Shown: in pieces, positions 29,577 to 39,275 of the stretch | Layout: the number at the start of each line of letters is the position of its first letter | How positions within the stretch are numbered: the first letter of the stretch is position 1 | IMG/VR virus record: IMGVR_UViG_3300034110_001129 | Origin: an uncultured virus (IMG/VR IMGVR_UViG_3300034110_001129) | Taxonomy: Duplodnaviria; Heunggongvirae; Uroviricota; Caudoviricetes | Direction: 5' to 3' (one strand) | Length of the DNA stretch: 64,000 nucleotides | The notes under the pieces: generated by a model | The model's database searches: none | What the model was told of the DNA's origin: nothing | The model's input: the letters and a program-made list of their open reading frames with translations, nothing else | Made by a program: the position numbers and the translations under genes

Positions 29577-30323
29577 TTAAATATCGTTCATCCGTTGAAC
29601 CGTTAAATAATCCAGAAGGTGTTCATAAGATAACGAAATAAATTCTTCAGGTTTTAAGATAATCGGGATTTCAGTAAGTGCAGAATAAGAAAACATGTAT
29701 TCACGGATCAATAGTTTTCTAAACGTATCCAGATCCAACCCATAAAAAAGATCACTGCCTAAATCACTAAGATTATTTGCCGAATCATAAAATCTTTTTG
29801 TTCTACAAGATAATTGTTCTTTACCTTCTTCAACACCATAGAAAATATCAATCAAACTGTTATCGATAATTTGGTCTTCTTGTTTGGGTGCAATATCAAG
29901 AGACACAGCAAATGCAGGCGTTGCATTAATTTTTATGTTACTGAAAGATTTGCCATCAAAAGAAAAATCACCCATTGCAATATGAAAACGATTATAAATA
30001 GTGCGAAGGTTGCGATCAAAATGTTCACTAACAAAATCATCAATTTCTTTGACAGCATTACTATATTGGTTATTGGTTAAAATATAATCCATAAATTTTC
30101 GAGTGTTACCGTCGAAAAAACCTGTAATATTAAAAGAATAATCATTTCCTTTATTACAGGCAATATTTAGAGAACCACCAAAATTAACATTATCTAAATG
30201 ACCTTTTAATTCATATCGAGTATAATAAATATTTTCATCATTCTCCATACTGGTATAGTTAATTCCATAACTATCCAACAATGATTGTCTAATAATGTTT
30301 TGAAATTCAGTACTTATTTTCAT
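29577..30323 (-). CDS. C-terminal tag family, VQxMxxI subfamily
   Basis: Ends SLSYEHLLDYLTVQRMNDI. Confidence 0.8.
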   Translation of the reverse strand: MKISTEFQNIIRQSLLDSYGINYTSMENDENIYYTRYELKGHLDNVNFGGSLNIACNKGNDYSFNITGFFDGNTRKFMDYILTNNQYSNAVKEIDDFVSEHFDRNLRTIYNRFHIAMGDFSFDGKSFSNIKINATPAFAVSLDIAPKQEDQIIDNSLIDIFYGVEEGKEQLSCRTKRFYDSANNLSDLGSDLFYGLDLDTFRKLLIREYMFSYSALTEIPIILKPEEFISLSYEHLLDYLTVQRMNDI

Positions 30324-30332
30324 TTAAAATAC

Positions 30333-30734
30333 TCAGCTCCAAGCCTTTTTCAATCGTTCTAGAATCAAAGAAAGAGAGTCTTGAGAACTTTCTTTTGCTT
30401 TTTCTTTTAACTCATATTGAGTCTCTGTGCTAAAATTTGATTCCAAGAAACTAATGTACTCATTTGCTGACTTATCATCAAGTGCCTTATACAAGGTGCT
30501 AGCATAAATCGCATCAAAGCTACCGGAATTGTCAGAAGGGGCAGCAGTTTTATCATCACAATTAGCTGCAATTTTTTCAGAAGTATCTTCGGCATAAATG
30601 GAAGCAATGGCTACTTGATTTTGAGTCAACAATGATTCTAATTTTTTGATCACTACTGGTTTAATGTCAACATCTACACTGTTCAAAAGATGGCGAGCAT
30701 AATGTGCCTGTACAAGTTGTTCAGTTGTGAGCAT
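30333..30734 (-). CDS. Hypothetical protein inserted within the VQxMxxI cluster
   Basis: 133 aa, AGGA RBS, no tag. Confidence 0.7.
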   Translation of the reverse strand: MLTTEQLVQAHYARHLLNSVDVDIKPVVIKKLESLLTQNQVAIASIYAEDTSEKIAANCDDKTAAPSDNSGSFDAIYASTLYKALDDKSANEYISFLESNFSTETQYELKEKAKESSQDSLSLILERLKKAWS

Positions 30735-30821
30735 GATGATTTTCCTAAATTAAGGTAAGTTGATTTTCAATGGCTTATTCTAACACAAGATGACTTTTTA
30801 ATCAAATAATTTTAAGCATTA

Positions 30822-31580
30822 TCAAATGGCTTCCATTTGTTGAACAGTCAAATAACCAATGATGTGGTCATAACTTAACGTATTAAAATCATAGAGACTC
30901 AAAAGGTTAGGTGTGCCAGTTAACTTAGAATACATCAACATATATTCACGTACAAAACGTGTTTTAAATTTATCCAAATCAGCATAATTATCAACCACAT
31001 CTACAGGACTGCAAGAACACTCATCAGTAGCAGCTTTATAATTGAAAGTTAATGTATTATCTTTTTCGAACAAAGAATAAGTTAACAACTCAAACCTTCT
31101 ATATTTAGGCATCGAAATAAGTGCAATTTTACCTCTAGATGAAGGTGTCATGTTAATAACAATATTGCTTATTAAACCTTTCTGATAATTAAAACTACCT
31201 CGACCAATCCAAGAATAACCAGTTTGAATGTCTATAGGGTTACCAAAGTTAAAGGTTAACCATCCACCAACGTCTTTGATAGATTGAAGGTATGCGTTAT
31301 TGTTTTTAACGATGGATTCAACAAAATCAAACCTAGGGAGATCTTTAAACCAGCCAGAAACGGTGAAATTACCATGCCCATGTTCATTCAAAATGAAGTT
31401 TATAGATCCTTGAAAGGGCTTTTCATTAAGATATCCATCAAAAGAATACCTGATATGTTCGCAACGCTCGATTCTTTCTATTTTAATTTTTTCAATTGAA
31501 TGACAGTTGACAGTGTATTTATCAAACAACAATTGTGTAAAGATTGCTTTAAATTCAGGGGTTACAAAGTCTTTTGTCAT
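30822..31580 (-). CDS. C-terminal tag family, VQxMxxI subfamily
   Basis: Ends TLSYDHIIGYLTVQQMEAI; shares REYM..YS.LT..P with 29577-30323. Confidence 0.8.
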   Translation of the reverse strand: MTKDFVTPEFKAIFTQLLFDKYTVNCHSIEKIKIERIERCEHIRYSFDGYLNEKPFQGSINFILNEHGHGNFTVSGWFKDLPRFDFVESIVKNNNAYLQSIKDVGGWLTFNFGNPIDIQTGYSWIGRGSFNYQKGLISNIVINMTPSSRGKIALISMPKYRRFELLTYSLFEKDNTLTFNYKAATDECSCSPVDVVDNYADLDKFKTRFVREYMLMYSKLTGTPNLLSLYDFNTLSYDHIIGYLTVQQMEAI

Positions 31581-31686
31581 GTTTGTTTAATCCTAGTATT
31601 AAAGTATTTTTAAATAACATTGACACTATCTATTGACAATTAACATCAATTAGTGTAAATATATATACATCAACGGAGTAACCAAT

Positions 31687-32388
31687 ATGCTAAAACAATA
31701 TACAATTGATCAGCTTGTTGAAGAAGTAAACCGAATTATAACAGAAAACAAAGATGTTGTCCAGACGGCAGACGGGCGTCTCTCGGAACTTATCACTGTT
31801 AGGAAGGTTCGAGATTTACTTTCAAAGAGATTGATCAACAACCCAGTAAAAGATGGTCGTCAAAACTATTTTGATAACAGCCATGTAGAACAAATTTTAA
31901 ATATTAAGACCCTTCAAAAAGAAGGTGCTAGTGAAAAGTTACTGAGAGGTTTAAGTGCAAGTTCGTATCTCAGTTTAAATGAGGAAGATACAAGCCTTGT
32001 GGTAACTAATAATATCACTGATAAAGACAGTGAACTACAAGCCAATGCAATGAGTGTTCTTAACTCAATAAATGCCAGAAGCATTACAAGTAAAGGTGCT
32101 CAACTAGAAAGTGCAATTGCTGGTTCAATTATGCCACAAATTAATTCTCATGTGAAAAGAAGCACGATGGAAACACTTATCTTGGGATCATCGGCTACTG
32201 ATAAACCCGATTTGCTTCGGTCAGGAATGAGTTACGCGGGTTCGCATAAAAATAGTGTCAAAGTATTTAGTGAATACCCATTAGACGATAATGGAAAGCT
32301 GTTTTTAAAGATGGAACAAGGTTATACAGTAACAAACAAAGAAGAAATGCTCGAAAAAATTAAACAAATATTAGGACTAGGAGAATAA
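31687..32388 (+). CDS. MerR-like HTH DNA-binding protein
   Basis: YTIDQL ... ITVRKVRDLLSKRLINNP...GRQNYF...HVEQILNIKTLQKEG. Confidence 0.65.
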   Translation: MLKQYTIDQLVEEVNRIITENKDVVQTADGRLSELITVRKVRDLLSKRLINNPVKDGRQNYFDNSHVEQILNIKTLQKEGASEKLLRGLSASSYLSLNEEDTSLVVTNNITDKDSELQANAMSVLNSINARSITSKGAQLESAIAGSIMPQINSHVKRSTMETLILGSSATDKPDLLRSGMSYAGSHKNSVKVFSEYPLDDNGKLFLKMEQGYTVTNKEEMLEKIKQILGLGE

Positions 32389-32390
32389 TC

Positions 32391-33767
32391 ATGATCAACA
32401 TAAAATATTTTACAGAAAAAGCTGCTCTAAATAACAAAGCTAAATCAGGACTTTTCCTAGTTGAGCTTGAAGGACTTAAAAAATCAACATCAAAAGCAAT
32501 TAAAAGACAGAAACTCAATCTCAGTTTAGTGATCGATGTATCTGGTTCAATGGCTGATTTCATTACAGCTCCAAATCAAGTTGAATACAATTCTACTTTA
32601 CAAACAAGAATGGGTATGCAAGCTATTATTGGTAATCATTTACCAAACTTCCCTCAATTCCAAGAGAACATTGGCCGTTCATGGGGCACTAATAAAATGG
32701 AATTGGTTAAAAAAGCTGCCATTAAAGCAGTTGAAAGCTTGAAAGAAGGTGATTTCGTATCCCTTGTTATTTTCAACACCTCATCAAGCGTTGTAAGAGA
32801 AGCAACAAAAGTAACGGCTGAATCAAAAATGGCAATGATTAAATCCATTAGCGAATTACGTGCTAACGGTGGAACTAACTTGCACGCTGGTTGGTTGAGT
32901 GGTGCTACTGAGGTGGTGAAGAACTTGAAAGAAAAGTACATCAACCGTGTGATGGTCTTGACGGATGGTGAAACACAAACAGGTGTTACCGATCCAAAAG
33001 AGATTGCAAAAGATGTAGCAGCTATCTATAAGAGTGGTGTAACAACTTCAACGTTTGGTGTAGGTAACCGTTTCAATGAAACATTGCTACAATCAATGAG
33101 TGATACGGGTGGTGGTAACTTCTACTACATTCAAGATGAAAAAGAATTTGACCAAATGTTCTCCGAAGAATTTACAGGTATGGCAAACGTGGCTGCAACA
33201 GAAATCAGTCTTCAACTGGAATTGAAAGATGGTTTCAAAATTGCTGAACAAATGAACAGCTATGAAGCCAACAATGGTGTCTATAAACTTGCCAACGTGT
33301 TGTCAGGTAAGAAATTGTCAGTATTGTTTAAACTAGACACTGATTTTGGTGCTAAACCAGCTTCTCATGTTGTCTTAGGTGAATTAACCGTAGAATACAA
33401 AGATGAGAACGGAAACAAAATCAATCAAGTTATCCAACTTGAAGCGGATGTGTTGAGTGAAAAGAAATGGGAAAAACTTGATTTTGTGCAAGAAGTAAAA
33501 ATCCAAGAAACCTTGTTGTTGATTGCTAAAAACAAGTCAGACGCTTCTGCAGCGATTGCGGCGGGTAATCTTGAAGGTGCAAAAGGTCTTCTTCGCAGTG
33601 CATCAGGTATGTTAGGTTCTTGTGAATATGCTGACGCTCGTATTTCAGCTTCAATGGCTAGCTTGAACACTACATTGAGCAACGCAGATACAATGGACTC
33701 AGAATCACTCAAAAAGAGCATGCATTATCAAGCCTATAAAACACGCTCAGGTAAAGACTTAGGTTAA
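32391..33767 (+). CDS. von Willebrand factor A (VWA) domain protein
   Basis: MIDAS LVIDVSGSM, GGTNL..G, VLTDGET, TFGVG, GGGNFYYI. Confidence 0.9.
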   Translation: MINIKYFTEKAALNNKAKSGLFLVELEGLKKSTSKAIKRQKLNLSLVIDVSGSMADFITAPNQVEYNSTLQTRMGMQAIIGNHLPNFPQFQENIGRSWGTNKMELVKKAAIKAVESLKEGDFVSLVIFNTSSSVVREATKVTAESKMAMIKSISELRANGGTNLHAGWLSGATEVVKNLKEKYINRVMVLTDGETQTGVTDPKEIAKDVAAIYKSGVTTSTFGVGNRFNETLLQSMSDTGGGNFYYIQDEKEFDQMFSEEFTGMANVAATEISLQLELKDGFKIAEQMNSYEANNGVYKLANVLSGKKLSVLFKLDTDFGAKPASHVVLGELTVEYKDENGNKINQVIQLEADVLSEKKWEKLDFVQEVKIQETLLLIAKNKSDASAAIAAGNLEGAKGLLRSASGMLGSCEYADARISASMASLNTTLSNADTMDSESLKKSMHYQAYKTRSGKDLG

Positions 33768-33826
33768 TACCAGCAAAAACAAGAAAGCCCTAAGAGATTA
33801 GGGCTTTATTATTTTTCAAAGAAACA

Positions 33827-34528
33827 TTAGACAAGACACATACCAATCAATGCCAAGTTGCGTTTCAAATCTTCAATATCATCATCAATACTAATGGTGA
33901 TGTCAGAACCTTCTGGAATAGCATACATGTTAATTTGATTTATAAACTTAACAATGCCTTCCATTTCATGACCACCAAACAAATTGACAACATTAGTCTT
34001 TTTTTCTTTATCACTGGTAGTGTCTAAATGTTTGAAACGTGGTGCAATGCCCATGATTTTAATACTGTCTTGAAAGATCTCCATCTTGGGAGCTGAAATC
34101 ATATTGAGTAGACTCCCATAGGGCCGACTGAATTCAACTTGCCCCATATAAATAACTTCAACACCTGCATAAAAAGTAGACAAAATGATCGAAAGTTTTT
34201 CAAAAAACTTATTGAACACCTTTTTTTCTTCTGGAAATACAAATGCGGGTGTTTTTTGATTGGAGGAATAAATAGAATGGTAGAACTGAAGTTGATTATT
34301 TGAGAGGGTATTGTCTGAAATCATATTAACATAAAATTTAGCTGTTGCGGGTTCTGCGATAATAAGTTCCTGATAAAAATCAACCAGCACAAAAGATTCT
34401 GCTTTTATAGGACGATTAAAATATTTTGCAAAGGATTTCGCAATAGTGTTTGCATTTTTTTTAAGAATGGTTTTCTTATTTTCAAATTCTTTATTAACAG
34501 GAGGGTCGCCCCACAATTCTTTACTCAT
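33827..34528 (-). CDS. C-terminal MxxV-tag family protein
   Basis: Ends DDDIEDLKRNLALIGMCLV; promoter TTGAAT-N17-TATAAT at 34555-34583. Confidence 0.75.
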   Translation of the reverse strand: MSKELWGDPPVNKEFENKKTILKKNANTIAKSFAKYFNRPIKAESFVLVDFYQELIIAEPATAKFYVNMISDNTLSNNQLQFYHSIYSSNQKTPAFVFPEEKKVFNKFFEKLSIILSTFYAGVEVIYMGQVEFSRPYGSLLNMISAPKMEIFQDSIKIMGIAPRFKHLDTTSDKEKKTNVVNLFGGHEMEGIVKFINQINMYAIPEGSDITISIDDDIEDLKRNLALIGMCLV

Positions 34529-34590
34529 AACTATAATCCTCTTTAATTTGGAGAATTATAGCAAATAAGTAAAGATGATTCAAGGAATAT

Positions 34591-35181
34591 TTAATCTACT
34601 GATTTTTTTATTGCGTTAATTGTCTCATATTTTTTCCACTCTTTATTGATTAAATCGTAAGGAAGATAAATTGAAACATTATAATTTTTATCACCATAAG
34701 ATAATTGTTCAAGAAGAGGTTCTACAACCATACCAATCACCTCACCATCAACATTATGAACTGGGCCACCAGACATACCGGGAACGATAGTAACATCAAC
34801 AGCACGGTAGGCCGGGGTTGGGTATTGACCTTGTTGTAAAGTCACCCCCATATCATTACCTTTCAATAAACGATACTTCCCATCAGCGTAACCACTCACA
34901 ATTGCAGGATCGTTAGTAATAAAATGGTTCCATGTAGGAACTTTTAAAGATGAATGTTTAAAGAACTGAAGATTAAAATCATTTGAAACATAAACAGTAG
35001 TGTTTAATTTCTTCACATGTTTTACAGTAACTGCATATTCTGAATTCCACTGGACATAAGTAAAGGTATCAATGCCAGAACGCATCTGCCCCACTTCTTT
35101 ATCCATCGTACAACCTACTAAACTGACTGTGAGTGAGACAGCCAGTAATTTAAGCATTAATTTCGTTTTTCCAAGATTCAT
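34591..35181 (-). CDS. Trypsin-like serine protease, probable lipoprotein
   Basis: Lipobox LVGC; VTVKHV (His) and PGMSGGPV (Ser) motifs. Confidence 0.75.
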   Translation of the reverse strand: MNLGKTKLMLKLLAVSLTVSLVGCTMDKEVGQMRSGIDTFTYVQWNSEYAVTVKHVKKLNTTVYVSNDFNLQFFKHSSLKVPTWNHFITNDPAIVSGYADGKYRLLKGNDMGVTLQQGQYPTPAYRAVDVTIVPGMSGGPVHNVDGEVIGMVVEPLLEQLSYGDKNYNVSIYLPYDLINKEWKKYETINAIKKSVD

Positions 35182-35329
35182 CGTTTCCTCGCTTGATATG
35201 TTTATTCGTTTCTGACTTTACTTCCATTTCTGGACAGTCAAAATAGCAACGACGCACAACGCCATTTTTCTTGCCATACGCTTTAACCAAACTTCGTTGC
35301 CATTTTTTCAATTCTCGACTTGCTTTCAT
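35150..35329 (-). CDS. Small basic hypothetical protein
   Basis: 59 aa from the ATG after a GAGGTG RBS. Confidence 0.5.
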   Translation of the reverse strand: MKASRELKKWQRSLVKAYGKKNGVVRRCYFDCPEMEVKSETNKHIKRGNDESWKNEINA

Positions 35330-35339
35330 AATGCACCTC

Positions 35340-35630
35340 TTATCGTGTTTTCTTATTGTCTTGTTTAGCTTGCCGAATAAGTTTACTTTCTTTCTTGTTG
35401 GGAACATGACCCATCGCATCATAAACACGTTTAACAATATCTTTCAATTCTTTTTTCTTGATATGCTCAGCCATTTCCTTACCATTTTCATCGGTGATAT
35501 AGGCATTAATGATAAGCTGACGACGAAGAAATTCATAAAGTTGTTTAACTTGTTTGACATGTAACCTTGATACAAAAGCTTTAAATTCTTCTGCATTCAT
35601 TTTCATGTATTTATCAATTTCAATGTTCAT
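35340..35630 (-). CDS. Basic hypothetical protein
   Basis: 96 aa from the ATG after GGAGTGG. Confidence 0.65.
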   Translation of the reverse strand: MNIEIDKYMKMNAEEFKAFVSRLHVKQVKQLYEFLRRQLIINAYITDENGKEMAEHIKKKELKDIVKRVYDAMGHVPNKKESKLIRQAKQDNKKTR

Positions 35631-35694
35631 AACTAACCACTCCAATCTTTTAAAATAGATATCTATTCTATCAAAATATCACATAATTTGCAAA

Positions 35695-36912
35695 TCAAAT
35701 AATTGCCATTTGATGAACAAGCAGACTATCATTACAAATTTCATTGGCTGGCAATCCCATTATCCTTTCGATGCTAGAAATAATTTGTTCTTTGTAGTTG
35801 TCATGCAATGTTTCAAAACTATCAGATCGTAATTTTGTGGTCTTATGACTACGAAAAACACGTTCTTCCAACTCAATCACATCTGAAAATGAAATATGCA
35901 AGTCCAACAGGCTAATTTTCAAATAACAATGGTTTAACAACGATTGCTTTTCAAGTGTATTGATATGATTGCGAAGTACAGTAACTAAATCAAGGGCAGT
36001 AATCTTATTTTCAATTTTCAGTTTAAAAATATACAGCTCCATGATTTGGAAAATAAAATTTAAATCTTTTTCTCTAATTACATTTTTCAACAATGGCTTA
36101 ATGTGTCGCAACTCATTGTGTGAAAAACGCATTTCAATGACATGATCACTGTTTAGATCTTGTTCAATTTCTGTCGCATAATCGCTATTATAAAGTTTTT
36201 TAATGTCCATCTTATGATTTTGTGAATGAACATCTAATGAAGGTATCTTAGAACGAAGCACATTCTGTTGACCAAACTCAACGACTGAGCTAATAAATTC
36301 AGAATCACTAATCCGATTAAGTGAAGGGCAATCATTCTTACGCCAAAAATAATCATCGACATTTTCATTCAAGATTGTTTTAATAACAGAGTTATCAATC
36401 TCTACAACATCTTCAAAATAAATATTAACATTACGTTTAAATGATTTTTTCAGCGAATACATGAAATCATAAAACTCGGTATCTAGTGGACGAATAAAAG
36501 TATGAGTAAGATTACTACCACGAATAGCTAATGAGCTATCTTTAATTTCTAACCAAAAAATTTCTGAAACCAAACCGAATTCATTAGCCCCAAAAGTAAC
36601 TGAAAAATTAAGCTTGCTGTGAACAGAATAACGTTCATCACTAAAAACATTTGCCATAAAGATCAAAAACGATGAAAATTGTTTGACTTCTGCTGAAGTA
36701 AAATTAGGAAAAAGAATCGAAAAAGCGTTGTCTGCAGTTGAAGTGATATTGCAAAACCCATCCGTATGAGCGGGATCACTGATAAGAACAAATGATTTAT
36801 CAACATTGTTATGTGTTTTTTCAAAACCAGCCGCCAACAAATCAATGATCAATACATCGATATCGTTGACAAAACTTTCAATTGTTTTTTGATTACTCAT
36901 GGATATGTTCAC
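35695..36912 (-). CDS. C-terminal MxxI-tag family protein (paralog of 25063-26271)
   Basis: Ends EICNDSLLVHQMAII; FSILFPNFTSAEVKQFSSF aligns with YSIAFPSWTRSQINQLDTF. Confidence 0.8.
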   Translation of the reverse strand: MNISMSNQKTIESFVNDIDVLIIDLLAAGFEKTHNNVDKSFVLISDPAHTDGFCNITSTADNAFSILFPNFTSAEVKQFSSFLIFMANVFSDERYSVHSKLNFSVTFGANEFGLVSEIFWLEIKDSSLAIRGSNLTHTFIRPLDTEFYDFMYSLKKSFKRNVNIYFEDVVEIDNSVIKTILNENVDDYFWRKNDCPSLNRISDSEFISSVVEFGQQNVLRSKIPSLDVHSQNHKMDIKKLYNSDYATEIEQDLNSDHVIEMRFSHNELRHIKPLLKNVIREKDLNFIFQIMELYIFKLKIENKITALDLVTVLRNHINTLEKQSLLNHCYLKISLLDLHISFSDVIELEERVFRSHKTTKLRSDSFETLHDNYKEQIISSIERIMGLPANEICNDSLLVHQMAII

Positions 36913-37026
36913 TCATATTGAATTTTCACTATTATATCAAAAATGAGCATAGAAGGCAATGAAAACAAAAACAATGCCTTGGTTTCTTTAAGATATTAAG
37001 ACACTAAAACATGGCTATCAATTATA

Positions 37027-37401
37027 TTATTTTCCAAAAACGTACTGTAACGCTTTTTCAGAACCATTGTTTAGATCATCAAGGATGTCGTCCATATCAA
37101 GACTATCAATTTTTTTACTACTAGAACGCTCAATAATGGTTCGCTTTCGACTATCACTCACATCAATATTAAGATGAACAATAAAGTCGTTTTTGATACC
37201 AGCCAAATGATTGCGAACAGCTTCAAAAAGGTCACCTGTGTCTTCTGCTTCAAAAAATGCCGATTCAAGATCAGGACAATGAACATCGATATCCGAAGTT
37301 TTGAACATATCTTTCAAGTCGGGTTTAAAACCATCAGTCATCAACGTCAAAAGTTGTTCATTTACAAAGTTCACAAATTCATTTTTCTTTACTTTACTCA
37401 T
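37027..37401 (-). CDS. Hypothetical protein
   Basis: 124 aa, AAGGA RBS, TGTATAAT upstream. Confidence 0.7.
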   Translation of the reverse strand: MSKVKKNEFVNFVNEQLLTLMTDGFKPDLKDMFKTSDIDVHCPDLESAFFEAEDTGDLFEAVRNHLAGIKNDFIVHLNIDVSDSRKRTIIERSSSKKIDSLDMDDILDDLNNGSEKALQYVFGK

Positions 37402-37456
37402 TAATTTTTCCTTATAAAATTAAGATAATTATACACAATTGTTCAACAAAATCAAT

Positions 37457-37477
37457 AAAAAAGAGGCCGAAGCCTCT
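37457..37477 (-). terminator. UUCG-tetraloop intrinsic terminator
   Basis: Minus strand AGAGGC-TTCG-GCCTCT-TTTTT; same core as 59586-59601. Confidence 0.8.
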
Positions 37478-37498
37478 CTATTTATTTAAACTATTGAC

Positions 37499-38278
37499 TT
37501 AACGGTCAATAAAGTCGATTTGTGAAGTTTTACCATACAGCAACTCTTTATGAACATCTTTGGCAACATCCCAATTGAATTCTGGATAAAGTGCTTTGGC
37601 ATCTTCTGCTCGTTGCAAGTAATTGGTTTGACGTTCAATCAAAATACCATAAATGGCATCGTTGTTTTCGTTATCGCTGATTTCGTGAAGAAAACCTTTC
37701 ACTTGTTCAATGCTCTCGGAACAACCAGCCAAACCTTTGATATTAGCTTCAACAAGGTCAGTCAACGAACTCAAAGCTTCAATCACTTTGCGGTTCTGAT
37801 CTTGACGCTGAATGTAGCTTTTACCTTCAACATAGATAAATTTAACTGCTTCAAGAACGTCAGCCAATTTAGCAATTACAGCCAAGTAAGTACCAGAAAT
37901 ACGGTCTTTAAGCACTTTATATTCAGGACAAAGAGCTTCTTCAATCAAATCCAGTGGCGATTCACCATCTGGAAAGAGCGATTCAAGCAAACGTTTTACT
38001 GGTGTTGCCATGTCACCTGTCAATACTTCTGGCAAGTCGTGAAACAAGCAATATTCCATCAAAATAAGTTTTTCAGTATCAGTTGCGTTAGGGTTGATAC
38101 GATTCAAAATATCACGAGCATACATCGCCACAAGCCAACTGTGTTCTGCAATGGATGGATAACGAAGACAGTTGACTGAGTGCCAACGAGTAACAGTGGC
38201 CGCACGAGCAATATCTTGGATCTTAAAGTTACCAGCACCTTTCAGGTTCAACATTTTCGCAATCATCGAATCTTGCAT
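37499..38278 (-). CDS. HD-domain deoxynucleotide phosphohydrolase (YfbR/DatZ-like)
   Basis: RAATVTRW, SIAEHSWLV, HDLPEVLTGDMATPVK, KLADVLEA. Confidence 0.85.
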   Translation of the reverse strand: MQDSMIAKMLNLKGAGNFKIQDIARAATVTRWHSVNCLRYPSIAEHSWLVAMYARDILNRINPNATDTEKLILMEYCLFHDLPEVLTGDMATPVKRLLESLFPDGESPLDLIEEALCPEYKVLKDRISGTYLAVIAKLADVLEAVKFIYVEGKSYIQRQDQNRKVIEALSSLTDLVEANIKGLAGCSESIEQVKGFLHEISDNENNDAIYGILIERQTNYLQRAEDAKALYPEFNWDVAKDVHKELLYGKTSQIDFIDR

Positions 38279-38425
38279 ATATATACCTCTATTGGTTTAT
38301 TAGATGCAATGATTATAACAAAAAAAAGGCGTTAAAACAAGCATTTATTGATAAATACATGAAATTTCTGCAAAAAAATGGCTTAAAACATAAGTTTTAG
38401 CCACTTTCTTTATTTGTCTTCAAAT

Positions 38426-38788
38426 TTAACTGAATAAAGTAATCATGAAAAAGACAAATTCAACAATCGCAAAGATAAATACGAAACGTGCAGTTGATTT
38501 AAACTTAATATAGTCTTTTCGTTTGACGAAGGCTTCATACGTGTTAATAAATTCGTTCATCGTTTCCGAACCATAAAGAACTTCTTTGAAGTCATTGTAA
38601 ATGGTCATCGCTTTAAGATTGATAAACACATAAGCATAAAGAGCCACACACAAGACCAACTTGAAATATGAACCAGAATGTTGAGCAACAAAAAAGGCGT
38701 AAGAAAACATAACAATGATTGCAAAATAAAGCTGTATAAAAGAACGACTGGCTTCCAATCTCCATCCCACAACGATTGCTTCTAACAT
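38426..38788 (-). CDS. Three-TM membrane protein, tandem paralog 1
   Basis: 120 aa; colinear with 38854-39216 (IV.G....ASRSFI; NDFK..L; RKDY.KF). Confidence 0.8.
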   Translation of the reverse strand: MLEAIVVGWRLEASRSFIQLYFAIIVMFSYAFFVAQHSGSYFKLVLCVALYAYVFINLKAMTIYNDFKEVLYGSETMNEFINTYEAFVKRKDYIKFKSTARFVFIFAIVEFVFFMITLFS

Positions 38789-38853
38789 GTTTAATTACTC
38801 CTAGATTGATATAGATTTAACTATATTAAATCTCAAAAAATATTTTACAAGAC

Positions 38854-39216
38854 TCAACTAAAAAGAAGTTTAAAAATCCAAAACAAATCAAGACTTGCCC
38901 AACCAATCATGAAGATAGTCACTTTTCTAAATTTAAGATAATCTTTACGTTCAATATAAGCTGCATAAGCCGTATTAAACTCATCAAATGAAGTGGACTC
39001 ATTGAGAATGCTTTTAAAATCATTCAAAAGTTTGAAAACTTTCAAATAACAGAAGCAATAAACAAAGAAAGGAACATACAAAACAATACGTTCAAAGGTG
39101 TCACCTACCACATATTTTAAAATGCCAAAAGTTGACATAACTGCAAAAGCCGTAAAGAAAATAATAAAAGACCGAGAAGCATCAAATTTCAAACCTGTCA
39201 CAATAGAATTAAACAT
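38854..39216 (-). CDS. Three-TM membrane protein, tandem paralog 2
   Basis: 120 aa, AGGAG RBS. Confidence 0.8.
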   Translation of the reverse strand: MFNSIVTGLKFDASRSFIIFFTAFAVMSTFGILKYVVGDTFERIVLYVPFFVYCFCYLKVFKLLNDFKSILNESTSFDEFNTAYAAYIERKDYLKFRKVTIFMIGWASLDLFWIFKLLFS

Positions 39217-39275
39217 ATACGACTCCTAAAAAAGATTTAGAGTAGTATATCAAAAAATACCGGTCTATTCAATGT

